The position numbers and the translations under genes are program-made. Under the pieces are notes generated by a model. That model ran no database searches, was not told the DNA's origin, and saw only the letters and a program-made list of their open reading frames with translations. From Candidatus Omnitrophota bacterium (GTDB taxonomy: Bacteria; Omnitrophota; Gorgyraeia; Zapsychrales; JAHFFX01): a DNA stretch of 64,000 nucleotides. The DNA is taken from NCBI GenBank assembly GCA_023247725.1, contig JAHFFW010000011.1:5089-69088 (forward strand). The letters run 5' to 3'. Numbering within the stretch: position 1 is the stretch's first letter; each line of letters begins with the position of its first letter. Positions 53,782-63,471 of this stretch are shown here, one piece after another.

Positions 53782-54462
53782 ATGGATTCGGGGTCAGCGC
53801 TGGGAGTTCTTTTGGTCTTCATGCTTGTCGGCGGCTGTGCTACGGTCGAACACCGTCGAGAAATTCCCCCACCCGCCAAGAAACTCTCAGCCCAAAACGG
53901 CATTTACCATAAGGTGAAGGCAGGAGAAACCATCTGGCGCATTGCCAAAACCTATGGAGTGGATGTCGAGGCGATTGTCAAAAGCAATAATATCCCCAAC
54001 GTTGCGTTGATCGAGAAAGATCAGTTGGTCTTTATTCCGGGAGCCTTAGCCGTCAAGGACGTGGGTCCGGTGGCCGAACGCGTGAATGTTTCCGATCCCG
54101 GAGAATTCATCTGGCCGGTGAAAGGAAGAATCCTGTCTTATTTCGGCGAACGTTATCAGTCCCGCGCCAATCGTGGAATCGCCATCCAAGCCCCGGAAGG
54201 AGAAAGCGTCAAGGCCTCCCGCAGCGGAAAGGTGGTCTTTGCCGATTATCTCAACGGATATGCATACACCGTGATCCTTGATCACGGCGATGGATTTTTT
54301 TCCGTTTATGGGCAGAATTCTCGTCTCTTGGTCAAGCTGGGCGAGATGGTGAGCCAGAATCAGCCCTTAGCCTTGCTGGGAAAACAGGGGGAGGTTTCAT
54401 TTTTGCATTTTGAGATAAGAAAAAATTCCGTTGCCGACAATCCGCTTTACTATTTGCCATGA
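53782..54462 (+). CDS. LysM + degenerate M23 lipoprotein, NlpD-like
   Basis: Lipobox VGGC, HKVKAGETIWRIA LysM, FIWPVKG, LHFEIR; HxxxD zinc ligands replaced (NRGIA). Confidence 0.85.
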   Translation: MDSGSALGVLLVFMLVGGCATVEHRREIPPPAKKLSAQNGIYHKVKAGETIWRIAKTYGVDVEAIVKSNNIPNVALIEKDQLVFIPGALAVKDVGPVAERVNVSDPGEFIWPVKGRILSYFGERYQSRANRGIAIQAPEGESVKASRSGKVVFADYLNGYAYTVILDHGDGFFSVYGQNSRLLVKLGEMVSQNQPLALLGKQGEVSFLHFEIRKNSVADNPLYYLP

Positions 54463-56096
54463 ACACGATTGATTTGAAAAAAGATTTCTTTGGCCGAAAA
54501 AATGTTCTCAATCTTCTGTCGCGCCGAGTGGCCGGCCTCAAAGAAGGTTATCGCCAGAATGTGGCGATCCTGGGGAATCGTTTCATCGGCAAATCTTCCG
54601 TCATTTATAAATTTTTAGCCGATTTGGATGATGATTCCGTCGCGGAAATCTATTTGGATCTGGGAAACAAAGATGTTGAATATCTTTTTGCCAAGTTCAT
54701 GGGCAGCCTTCTGCACAGTTATGCCGGATTTAAAAAACTGCCGCTGCAGGAGGATTTGAAACTTCTCATCGAAAGCACCCAAAAGTTCATTCCCCAAACG
54801 ATTGAAGAGATCAAAAAGATTCGAACCGAGCTCGCCAAAGGCAAATTGTCGGAAAGCTACCGTGGACTTTTATCGTTGCCCGAGGTGTTCACGGCGGAGA
54901 CCGGCCTTTTCTGTGTCATCATTTTGGATGAGTTTCATCATCTCGAAGAGTTGGGGATTGCGGATGTTTTTGTTGAACTCGGCAAGAAAATTATGACCCA
55001 AAAGAAATGCCTTTATATTGTGACGAGCTCGCTGCCCTTTGCCGCCAAGAAAATCCTTTCCGAGAAATTGTCGCTTTTATTCGGGAATTTTGAGACGATC
55101 TATCTGGGCCCTTTTGATTTGACCACCAGTCAAGAATTCATCGAACACCATCTGGGCGAGGTCAAAATCAGCGTGAGCCTGCGCAACTTCCTGACCGATT
55201 TCACCGGCGGTTATCCTCTCTACCTGCATTTGATTTGTCAGGAGATGATTGCTTTGAGTGCTTTTCATCGTCAGACTGAGGTGTTTTTGTCTTTGGTGAC
55301 GCAAGCGATCGAGAATACGGTTTTTGGCCCTTGGGGAGTGATCAGCCGTCATTTTGAATTTATGCTGCAGCATTTGTGCGAAGGCAAGGGCAACCGAATC
55401 TCAGCCTTGATTTTCCTGGCCATTGCCAGCGGCCGTCACAAGCTCCGAGACATCAGTTTGTATGTCGGGGGTTCGCAGAAACTCTTGCTGCAACGACTCG
55501 TCCGGCTGCAAGAAACGGGGCTCATTGTGAAAAACGGCCTCTTCTATCACCTCGACGATAAATTATTGCGTTATTGGATCAAATACGTTTATCACCGGCG
55601 TCTGAAGGCGATGGAATTGTCTTTTGAAAAATTGCGTCTGGAATTCCGCGCGGAGGTCGAACATTCTTATGAGAATTTCAATCTGGCCGCCGGCCAGGGA
55701 TTCATGGCGCGGGTGATTGGACTTTTGCAGTGTTTTGACAATGAGGCGCTCTCCATCAATGGCCGCAAATACAAGCTGCCCTTTTTCCGCAATATTGTTC
55801 CGGTCAAACTCGATCCCAGCAGCAGCCGGCCTATCGAAATGATCAAGGGCACGACCTCCGAGGGAGATTGGTTCATTGTCTTGGATGACCAAAGTCTAGG
55901 TGAAGGTGACCTCAGTGTGTTTTTATCCGAATCCAAAAAAATCAGCAAGAGACCGTCGCAGCGCTTGATCATCTCTCTGACGGACATTGATCCCAACGCG
56001 CGTTTGAAGGCCTTGGAAGAGCGGATGTGGATTTGGAATGAAGGGGAGCTCAATACCTTAATGAATATCTTCGATCAGCCCTACATTGTTAAATGA
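54459..56096 (+). CDS. Archaeal-type P-loop ATPase with winged helix and C-terminal domain
   Basis: FFGR, GNRFIGKS, IILDEF, TGGYPLYL, L.RL.ETGLI. Confidence 0.75.
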   Translation: MNTIDLKKDFFGRKNVLNLLSRRVAGLKEGYRQNVAILGNRFIGKSSVIYKFLADLDDDSVAEIYLDLGNKDVEYLFAKFMGSLLHSYAGFKKLPLQEDLKLLIESTQKFIPQTIEEIKKIRTELAKGKLSESYRGLLSLPEVFTAETGLFCVIILDEFHHLEELGIADVFVELGKKIMTQKKCLYIVTSSLPFAAKKILSEKLSLLFGNFETIYLGPFDLTTSQEFIEHHLGEVKISVSLRNFLTDFTGGYPLYLHLICQEMIALSAFHRQTEVFLSLVTQAIENTVFGPWGVISRHFEFMLQHLCEGKGNRISALIFLAIASGRHKLRDISLYVGGSQKLLLQRLVRLQETGLIVKNGLFYHLDDKLLRYWIKYVYHRRLKAMELSFEKLRLEFRAEVEHSYENFNLAAGQGFMARVIGLLQCFDNEALSINGRKYKLPFFRNIVPVKLDPSSSRPIEMIKGTTSEGDWFIVLDDQSLGEGDLSVFLSESKKISKRPSQRLIISLTDIDPNARLKALEERMWIWNEGELNTLMNIFDQPYIVK

Positions 56097-56575
56097 AAAT
56101 TGGAGTTGTTTCGGATACCCACTCCTTCCCGTTGCCCGCCCAGATGCTTCAAGATTTCCAGAAAGTGGATCTGATCGTTCACGCCGGAGATTTTTGCACG
56201 CGGGATATTCTCGAAGAGCTAAAAAAATTGGGCGAAGTCCGCGCCGTTCATGGCAATATGGACGGATCGTCTTTGCGAAAACTGTTGCCGCGAAGTCAAA
56301 TATTCGCCGTGGGCCGGTTTGCGGTGGGGCTTTTTCACGGAGAAGGACCGCCAGCGACATTGCTGGAAAAAGTCCGGGCGGAATTTCAAAAAAGCCACGT
56401 GGACGTCATCATCTTCGGCCATTCCCATCAACCGATGAATGCGGTCCGATCGGGAATCTTATTTTTTAATCCGGGCAGCGCCACGGATCAGGTGACGGCA
56501 CCATTTTGTTCGTACGGAATTCTCACCGTCGATGAGAATGGAATCAAAGGAGCGATCATCAAGGTCAAAGGATGA
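56093..56575 (+). CDS. YfcE-family metallophosphoesterase
   Basis: SDTH, HAGD, GNMD, HG, GHSH, NPGS. Confidence 0.92.
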   Translation: MKIGVVSDTHSFPLPAQMLQDFQKVDLIVHAGDFCTRDILEELKKLGEVRAVHGNMDGSSLRKLLPRSQIFAVGRFAVGLFHGEGPPATLLEKVRAEFQKSHVDVIIFGHSHQPMNAVRSGILFFNPGSATDQVTAPFCSYGILTVDENGIKGAIIKVKG

Positions 56576-57078
56576 AAGGGAAGGCAATGGATAATCTCTG
56601 GGCGCCCTGGCGGCTGAGATATATTTCCTTGTTAAAAACCAAACCCAAGGGATGCATCTTCTGCAACATGCTGGCCGAAGGGAAAGACAAAAAAAATCTG
56701 ATTGTCCTGCGCTCAGAGCATTCCTTCACGGTCTTGAACATTTATCCTTACAACAATGGTCATGTCCTGGTCGTTCCCAATCGGCATGTCAGGGATTTAG
56801 GCGAGCTAAACAAGCAAGAGCGAGAGGATCTCCTGAATTTGTTACAGTCCACGAAAGAATTGATTGACAAGGCCCTCAAACCGGGCGGCTATAACATTGG
56901 AATCAATCTTGGCAAGATTGCCGGGGCCGGTTTCCCCGGGCATCTGCATATCCATGTCGTTCCGCGCTGGGGCGGGGACGTCAACTTTATGCCGGTTTTG
57001 ACGAATACAAAAATCATTTCCCAGTCTCTGCGAACCCTGTTCAAACGCCTCAACGATGCGAACAAGAAAAGACATTGA
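56572..57078 (+). CDS. HIT-family nucleotide hydrolase/phosphorylase
   Basis: LWAPWR, CIFC, HLHIH triad. Confidence 0.92.
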   Translation: MKGKAMDNLWAPWRLRYISLLKTKPKGCIFCNMLAEGKDKKNLIVLRSEHSFTVLNIYPYNNGHVLVVPNRHVRDLGELNKQEREDLLNLLQSTKELIDKALKPGGYNIGINLGKIAGAGFPGHLHIHVVPRWGGDVNFMPVLTNTKIISQSLRTLFKRLNDANKKRH

Positions 57079-58222
57079 AGAGTTAGAAGAAAAAATCCTG
57101 GCGCCTTATGCCATGAAAAGCCGGGATTCGGCCGGGCGCTATTATCAGGAACCGGATCACGAGAGCCGCACCTGTTACCAGCGCGACCGCGACCGGATTG
57201 TTCATTGTGAAGCGTTTCGCAAATTGGAATACAAGACCCAGGTCTTTGTGATCTTCGAGGGGGATTATTACCGGACTCGATTGACGCACACCCTGGAGGT
57301 CTCCCAAATTTCCCGAACCATCGGCCGCAATCTTCGGCTCAATGAAGATTTGATTGAGGCGATCGCCCTCGCCCACGATCTGGGGCATCCTCCCTTTGGC
57401 CATGCCGGTGAGGCGGCGCTTAATCAGATCATGCGTCAGGCGAATTTGCGGGGCTTTAATCACAATGAGCGCAGCTATGAGATTGTTACTCAATACGAAA
57501 AACGGTATCCGCATTTCCCGGGTTTAAATCTGACCAAAGAGGTTTTGGTGGGAATCCTCAAACACAAATCCCCTTACGATTCGCCGGGCAAGGTCCGGGA
57601 ATTCTTGGATGAATTTCCGACGCTGGAAGCCCAGGTGGTTGACATGGCGGACTCTTTGGCGTATCTTAACCATGATATCGATGACGGTTTGACCTCCGGT
57701 TGTATCGAAGAGAGTGATTTGGTCGAAAGTGAACTCTGGCAGAAGGCCATCAAACACCTCGAGGCGCCTCTCAAAGACCAAACGCCGGAGATACGCAAAT
57801 ACCAAATCGTGAAAGAGCTGATTGATATGCAGGTCAAGGATTTGTTGTGCAATTCTAACCTGAGGTTGACGAAACAGAATTTTCGTTCTTCCAAGGACGT
57901 CAAACGAAGTCAAAAAGAAACGATCGGCTTTAGCGCAAAAATGGAGAAGGAACGCAATTTTCTCCAAGAACTGATTAACAAGAAGCTTTATCATCACTTT
58001 CGCGTGGAGCGAATGACGAATAAAGCCAAACGGATCATTGAAGCCTTGTTTCGCGTCTATCACACGGGGCCCACCCAACTGCCGCCGGAGGTTTATCAGG
58101 AAGGCAAACGATACAACCAAAGGCAGCTTTACGCTCTCATTTGTAATCACATCGCTTCCATGACCGACCGGTTTGCCCTCGATGAGCACAAGAAACTCTT
58201 TAATCCCTATGAAAAGGTATAA
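57056..58222 (+). CDS. dgt: dGTP triphosphohydrolase family protein
   Basis: RDRDRI, KTQVF, RLTHTLEV, HDLGHPPFGHAGE. Confidence 0.92.
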   Translation: MRTRKDIEELEEKILAPYAMKSRDSAGRYYQEPDHESRTCYQRDRDRIVHCEAFRKLEYKTQVFVIFEGDYYRTRLTHTLEVSQISRTIGRNLRLNEDLIEAIALAHDLGHPPFGHAGEAALNQIMRQANLRGFNHNERSYEIVTQYEKRYPHFPGLNLTKEVLVGILKHKSPYDSPGKVREFLDEFPTLEAQVVDMADSLAYLNHDIDDGLTSGCIEESDLVESELWQKAIKHLEAPLKDQTPEIRKYQIVKELIDMQVKDLLCNSNLRLTKQNFRSSKDVKRSQKETIGFSAKMEKERNFLQELINKKLYHHFRVERMTNKAKRIIEALFRVYHTGPTQLPPEVYQEGKRYNQRQLYALICNHIASMTDRFALDEHKKLFNPYEKV

Positions 58223-59252
58223 GCGGGTCTTATCCGCCGTGCACATGGTGTACCGGCTCGTCAATTCCACCTACAACGTGCGTGAGCTTTCGCTGCGCTT
58301 GACCCGGCTTTTGTGTCAGTTCATCCATGCGAGTTCCTCGAGCGTTTTTATCCTGGATTCCGCTCACAAAAAAATTGCCTTGATTGCTTCTTTCAATAAC
58401 AAGATCAATATGATTCAGGAAAAAAAGATTGAGGTGAATTCTTTGAGCAAGGCTGAACGGGAGGTGTCGCGAGGGGCTTCGATTTTTGCTAAACGATTCT
58501 TTGGTTTACCCCTCGTGGCAGAAGAAAATATCGGTGCCATTTTTATTCGGCGCAAGAAGAGCGAGCCTGCCTTTAATGAATTTGATCGAGAAATGCTCAC
58601 GGTCTTTGCCGAGCAGACCGTGACGGCGGTCAAAAATTTACAGCTTTACGAGCAGCAACAGAAAATTATCTTAGGGAGCATCAAGTTCCTGGGGAACATC
58701 ATTGAACAACAGGGTCCTGGCGCGACTCGCCACGCCTCCGCCTATAGCAAAATTATGAAATCCGTCGGGGAAAAACTAAAAATGAATCAGGATCATATTG
58801 AATCCCTGGAGTATGCGGGGCTTTTGCATGACACCGGGGCGATCGATGTCCCCTACGAAATCCTTTCTAAAACAAGTCGTTTAACGCCAGAGGAATTTAA
58901 AATTATCCGCAACCATCCGGCCCATTGTGTGGAATTGATCAAGCCCGTGGAATTTTTACGCCCGGTTTTGCCCATCATCCTTTATCATCATGAAAAGTTC
59001 GATGGCACCGGGTATCCGTCGGGTTTGCACAAGGAACAGATTCCCCTGGGGGCCCGGGTCATGGCGGTCGTGGACGCCTTTGAGGCCATGATCAGCACCC
59101 GGGCCTATCGCAAAACCATGTCGATTGAAGCCGCCTTGCAGGAACTGCGCCGGAATTCGGGAACCCAGTTTGATCCCCTGGTGATCAGTGCTTTTTGCGA
59201 ACTTTCCGCGCAAAAAAAATTCAGAAAGTACTTGAGTTTGATCCAGCGATAA
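58209..59252 (+). CDS. GAF-like + HD-GYP domain protein
   Basis: F...D...L..FA GAF helix, LHDTG, HHEKFDGTGYP, GTQFDP. Confidence 0.88.
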   Translation: MKRYKRVLSAVHMVYRLVNSTYNVRELSLRLTRLLCQFIHASSSSVFILDSAHKKIALIASFNNKINMIQEKKIEVNSLSKAEREVSRGASIFAKRFFGLPLVAEENIGAIFIRRKKSEPAFNEFDREMLTVFAEQTVTAVKNLQLYEQQQKIILGSIKFLGNIIEQQGPGATRHASAYSKIMKSVGEKLKMNQDHIESLEYAGLLHDTGAIDVPYEILSKTSRLTPEEFKIIRNHPAHCVELIKPVEFLRPVLPIILYHHEKFDGTGYPSGLHKEQIPLGARVMAVVDAFEAMISTRAYRKTMSIEAALQELRRNSGTQFDPLVISAFCELSAQKKFRKYLSLIQR

Positions 59253-59280
59253 AATTATAATACGAATCACCCTTCTCAAA

Positions 59281-60009
59281 ATGAATATCAATTTCAAACA
59301 ATCTCAGTTCGAGCTTTTCCCCGGAACTCAAGGGGCGGTTACGGACGTTAGTAAGCCCCGGGTTTTCTTCGCTCATCTGACATTTTCCCTGGAAAATCTG
59401 GTGGTCGTCGGGATCGGCATGCTTTTAGTATTGATCCTTTCTTTTTCTTTCGGTGTCGAAAAAGGCAAGCGCATCATGATCGCCCGTTATACAAGTCAGA
59501 AAGAGAGGAGTGCTTCTGGTTCGGAACCGATCAACGGTCATTCAGTGCCGCCCGTCGGCGGCGCCCAGGCGAAACCGCAGTTGCCGTTAACCCCAAGCCC
59601 GGATTTGGACCGGGCTTCGCGGAAACCCCCGTCTTTGTCTGTCCCGAATCAGGATGCGGGTTCAACCATTTCCTCTGCGGTGGCCAAATTGATTGAGCAC
59701 AAGCTGGCTGCGCCAGAGGCCGCCAATGAATCCGGACAAACCTCGCCGGCGGTTGTCTATTCACCCGCCAAAGATTTTCCGGATAAGCCCTACACCGTGC
59801 AAGTGGCCTCTTTTAAGACGGACGAATATGCGCAGAAAGAAGCCGCCGCCTTGAAAGAAAAAGGATATGATATTCTCGTGATGCCAAAGGGACAACACAC
59901 CATCGTCTGTGTGGGAAGATTTTCCGACCAGAAAGAAGCCGAACGATTTTCGGATGGTTTTAAAAGAAAGAACAAAGAGTATCAGGATTGTTTAGTGAGG
60001 AGATTATAA
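59281..60009 (+). CDS. SPOR-domain membrane protein
   Basis: One TM, Pro-rich linker, YTVQVASF. Confidence 0.85.
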   Translation: MNINFKQSQFELFPGTQGAVTDVSKPRVFFAHLTFSLENLVVVGIGMLLVLILSFSFGVEKGKRIMIARYTSQKERSASGSEPINGHSVPPVGGAQAKPQLPLTPSPDLDRASRKPPSLSVPNQDAGSTISSAVAKLIEHKLAAPEAANESGQTSPAVVYSPAKDFPDKPYTVQVASFKTDEYAQKEAAALKEKGYDILVMPKGQHTIVCVGRFSDQKEAERFSDGFKRKNKEYQDCLVRRL

Positions 60010-60293
60010 TGGGAATTCACTCATCATTGAAGGTGGAGGCCGGCGGCATTCAGCAACGTTCCGTTTTGTCGCGCATCGAGCGGATCAAGGATTTGATGAA
60101 GAAAGGCCTCTGGGAAGAGAACCGTTCGGTCACCGGTTTGCCCAAAACCAAAGTCGTGCGGGTCAAGGCCAGAAAAGCGGCCAAAGCCAAAACCGAAGAA
60201 GGCGCCGCCGCACCCGCTGCCGGTGCCACCGCCGCCAAACCCGAAACTGCCGCGGCCAGTGCCGCTCCTGCAAAAAAAGCTCCCGCCAAATAA
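60009..60293 (+). CDS. PVC-type small basic protein with Ala/Lys/Pro tail
   Basis: H.SL...RSVLSR.ERI..L....W....SV.GLPK pattern; TAATG overlap. Confidence 0.75.
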   Translation: MGIHSSLKVEAGGIQQRSVLSRIERIKDLMKKGLWEENRSVTGLPKTKVVRVKARKAAKAKTEEGAAAPAAGATAAKPETAAASAAPAKKAPAK

Positions 60294-60306
60294 GGCGCTC
60301 AACATC

Positions 60307-61221
60307 ATGATCAGACGGGTTGTTGTCCTCATTATTTTCCTGTGCCTTGGGAGCATGCCGGGGTATGGAGAAGAACGATTCCCTTTTATTGGAGAGGTCA
60401 GTGTCAATGAGGTCAATATCCGCGCCGGCCAGAGTGCCAACTTTGAAAAACTGGGCCGCTTGCAAAAGGGTGAAAAGGTTGTGGTCCTCGACAAACAGTA
60501 CAGCTGGTACAAGATTCGTTTGCCCTCGACATCCGAGGGTTACATTCACAGCAAATATATTCAGATTCTTGATGCTCATCGCGGTGTTGTGACCCATAGC
60601 CGGGTCAATATCCGTGCGCTTCCCAACGTCGACGCGTCCTCGTTAGGTCAAGCGGAAAAAAATACGATTGTCAAAATCGTCGGGCAAAAAGATGATTGGT
60701 TTGCCATTGAACCGCTGCCCAATTTGTTCGGATGGATCTCGACGGAATTCTTGGTCCGCACCAAGGATAGCATTCCGCCCCTCGCGGCGCTCGAGAAGTT
60801 TCATGAGCCGGAAAAACCAGCGTCAATGGACGTGGCAAAAATATCTCCGGCCAGTCCGATGGGATTCGATCCCTCGACTCGTACCCCGGCCATGGCCGGG
60901 GGTCCTTCGCTTGGGATGGAACCCAATCATAAGAAATCACGCGAGCAAATCCCCAAAGGGCAAGAAGAAGATACCACGGGCATGCCCGTGGGGTTCCATT
61001 TAGGGTCTGCGCTAACCGGTCAATTGGAGAAGGCGGCCGAAGGGGTTCGTTATCAATTAGTCGTTGGCGAGGAGGCGCGTTATGATCTGGAGGCTCCGTC
61101 GGAAATCTTGAGGCCATTTCTTAATTCCCAAGTCAAGGTACAGGGGCCCAAGTCCAGCAATCCTCTGGCGCCGGGCGCTTATCCAACCATTTCAGTTCAA
61201 AAAATCGAAAGGCTTTTATAA
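60307..61221 (+). CDS. Exported protein with two bacterial SH3 domains
   Basis: Signal peptide; VNIRAG..WYKI..GYI and VNIRAL..WFAI..GWI. Confidence 0.85.
   Translation: MIRRVVVLIIFLCLGSMPGYGEERFPFIGEVSVNEVNIRAGQSANFEKLGRLQKGEKVVVLDKQYSWYKIRLPSTSEGYIHSKYIQILDAHRGVVTHSRVNIRALPNVDASSLGQAEKNTIVKIVGQKDDWFAIEPLPNLFGWISTEFLVRTKDSIPPLAALEKFHEPEKPASMDVAKISPASPMGFDPSTRTPAMAGGPSLGMEPNHKKSREQIPKGQEEDTTGMPVGFHLGSALTGQLEKAAEGVRYQLVVGEEARYDLEAPSEILRPFLNSQVKVQGPKSSNPLAPGAYPTISVQKIERLL
60858..60928. repeat. Nested REP-like palindrome within the SH3 protein linker
   Basis: Perfect 18-bp palindrome 60884-60901 inside imperfect IR GATGGGATTCGATCCC/GGGATGGAACCCAATC. Confidence 0.55.
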
Positions 61222-61226
61222 AAACA

Positions 61227-61826
61227 ATGGAAATCTTTTTTCTTGTTTTAGGTTTTCTCCCCGCTGTTATTTTGCATGAATATGCTCATGGTTGGGTGGC
61301 TTTTCGCTGCGGAGATCCGACGGCGAAGATGGCCGGACGACTGACGCTCAATCCGCTCAAGCATATTGATCCCGTCGGGACTTTGATTTTGCCGGGGCTG
61401 TTGATCCTTTTACGTGCGCCTATCGTTTTTGGTTGGGCCAAACCCGTGCCCATTGATTATGGGCATCTGCGTTTTCCTCGTCGGGATATTGCGCTAGTCG
61501 CCTTGGCAGGACCGTTGGTCAATATCCTTCTTGCGATCAGCTTTAGTCTGCTTTTAAAATTGAATTTGTCTTTGCTGTTAGGAAATTTTTTGAGAATTTC
61601 TATTATCATCAATTTGGGCTTGGCGATCTTCAATTTGCTCCCGGTCCCGCCTTTGGACGGTTCCCGGCTGGTGTTGGCGTTGCTGCCTTTGCGGGCGGCC
61701 CGCTATTTTGCCCAATTGGAAAGCTATGGGATGATCATCCTGGTTATTCTGCTGGCCTTTAGGATCCTGGATTACCTGGTTTGGCCCGCGGTCCTTTATC
61801 TCGCCAAACTCTTAGGAGTCACTTAA
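61227..61826 (+). CDS. Site-2 protease (M50)
   Basis: HEYAH, AGP..N, NLLPVPPLDG. Confidence 0.93.
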   Translation: MEIFFLVLGFLPAVILHEYAHGWVAFRCGDPTAKMAGRLTLNPLKHIDPVGTLILPGLLILLRAPIVFGWAKPVPIDYGHLRFPRRDIALVALAGPLVNILLAISFSLLLKLNLSLLLGNFLRISIIINLGLAIFNLLPVPPLDGSRLVLALLPLRAARYFAQLESYGMIILVILLAFRILDYLVWPAVLYLAKLLGVT

Positions 61827-61831
61827 GACCC

Positions 61832-62920
61832 ATGCCGGTCATTTGCGCTTTTACTCCTTGTACTCATTACCCTATTGTCGTCGAGAATGGGCATTATGCC
61901 CGGTTGCCATTTTATCTGAAATCCCAAAACTTAGGACACGATGCTCTGATCATTACGAATCCTGTCGTCTGGCGACTGCATGGCCGGGCTCTGCAGGCCG
62001 GCCTTAACCGGAGCCGTTTGACGACGACAACGCTCACCGTCGCCGATACCGAACGCAGCAAATCCGCCCGCTGCGCCATGTCCTTATTGGAACGGATCGC
62101 CAAGATCGATCTAAAAAAAGGAATTTTTCTCGTCGCTTTTGGCGGTGGGGTGGTGGGGGATCTGGCTGGCTACGTTGCGGCGGTATATAAAAGAGGTGTT
62201 CCTTATATTCAAATTCCGACGACCCTTTTGGCCCAGATCGACTCGGCGATCGGAGGCAAGGTCGGAATCGACCTCTCCGTTGGAAAAAATCTCGTGGGGG
62301 CCTTTTATCAACCGAAATTGGTCTATAGCGATATCGCCGTTTTAAAGACGCTCGGCCTGCGGCAGATTCGCAATGGTCTGGCCGAAGCCGTCAAATATGG
62401 CGTGATTTCGGATCCCCGCTTGTTCATTTTCTTGGAACGCCATTATCAAGATTTTCTGCGATGCGACTCCAAGGTTTTGGAAACCATCGTCGCGTGGTGC
62501 AGCCGGATCAAGGCGGCGGTGGTCGCAAGGGATGAAAAAGAGACTAAAGGAATCCGGACGATCCTCAACTTCGGTCATACCGTCGGGCACGCTATTGAAA
62601 CGGCCGGCCACTATTCGCTTTATCAGCATGGAGAGGCGATCGGTTTGGGGATGAGGATTGCGGTGGATATTTCCCGGCAATTGGGTTACCTCTCCACGCC
62701 AACGCTTGAACGAATCGGGCGATTGCTCACGAACATCGGTCTGCCCGAGAACATCCAACGATTAAAAATGGATGATATCCTCAAAGCCATGGCCCATGAT
62801 AAAAAATTTAAAGACGGCCGCAACCGATTGGTCCTGGCTCGAGGCCTCGGTCGGGTTTTTGTCAGAGAGGATGTTCCGATGAATGTCATCAAAAAGGCCA
62901 TTCTTCGCGCAACGGCCTAG
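61832..62920 (+). CDS. aroB: 3-dehydroquinate synthase
   Basis: GGGVVGD, PTTLLAQIDS.IGGK, LNFGHT.GHA.E. Confidence 0.96.
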   Translation: MPVICAFTPCTHYPIVVENGHYARLPFYLKSQNLGHDALIITNPVVWRLHGRALQAGLNRSRLTTTTLTVADTERSKSARCAMSLLERIAKIDLKKGIFLVAFGGGVVGDLAGYVAAVYKRGVPYIQIPTTLLAQIDSAIGGKVGIDLSVGKNLVGAFYQPKLVYSDIAVLKTLGLRQIRNGLAEAVKYGVISDPRLFIFLERHYQDFLRCDSKVLETIVAWCSRIKAAVVARDEKETKGIRTILNFGHTVGHAIETAGHYSLYQHGEAIGLGMRIAVDISRQLGYLSTPTLERIGRLLTNIGLPENIQRLKMDDILKAMAHDKKFKDGRNRLVLARGLGRVFVREDVPMNVIKKAILRATA

Positions 62921-62943
62921 GGATTCTTCTTTTATTCCTGCGA

Positions 62944-63471
62944 TCACGGTTGAATGGACAGGATCTCCACCTTCCCGTTAGAAAATAATTCCACCTTATC
63001 TTCCCCGATGGCGACGACTCTTTTGTTGCCGATGTAATCCCCGGCTTTGACGATGCGGTTGTTGATCAAAGCAATCGGCTGACCGTCGGTTGTCATAATT
63101 CCATTGAGCCGCAGCTCACCGGAATCTTGAACATTTAAAGAGGCATTCGTGGCCGCGACCATCTTGGCCAAGGCTTGTTGTCGGGCTAACTCTTGCTGCT
63201 TGGCTTGTTCTTGCATTTTAGCCAGATTGTCCTTTTTTTCTGAATAGATCAGAAAAAACGTTGTTATAAAACTCCCGACGATAACGGCAAAAAGAATTCC
63301 CCAAATGGTCCACATCCAAACGGGGGTTTTGTCGCTCGCTGTCGCAGCGACTGGGGTACGAGAAGGGGTGGTTTCTAATGGCGGTTGGATCGGTGGCGGT
63401 GAATCATTCTTTTCGGAATTTTCTCCCAAACTCGATTGGGTTTTCTTTAATGCATCATGGATGATGCTCAT
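62944..63471 (-). CDS. ExeB/GspB-like protein
   Basis: MSIIHDALKK start, one TM, LNGI...ALINN...GD C-terminal domain. Confidence 0.75.
   Translation of the reverse strand: MSIIHDALKKTQSSLGENSEKNDSPPPIQPPLETTPSRTPVAATASDKTPVWMWTIWGILFAVIVGSFITTFFLIYSEKKDNLAKMQEQAKQQELARQQALAKMVAATNASLNVQDSGELRLNGIMTTDGQPIALINNRIVKAGDYIGNKRVVAIGEDKVELFSNGKVEILSIQP

Noticed and set aside
53770-53800. GTTCGACCC..GGGTCA motif, also seen near 5764, resembling a T-loop or the 60.9 kb palindrome
   Set aside because: Too short and degenerate to support a call
53782-54462. Missing zinc ligands in the M23 domain
   Set aside because: Normal for NlpD/EnvC-type amidase activators
59595-59617. AAGCCCGG/CCGGGCTT hairpin in the SPOR linker
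   Set aside because: A single 8-bp stem is expected by chance in 64 kb
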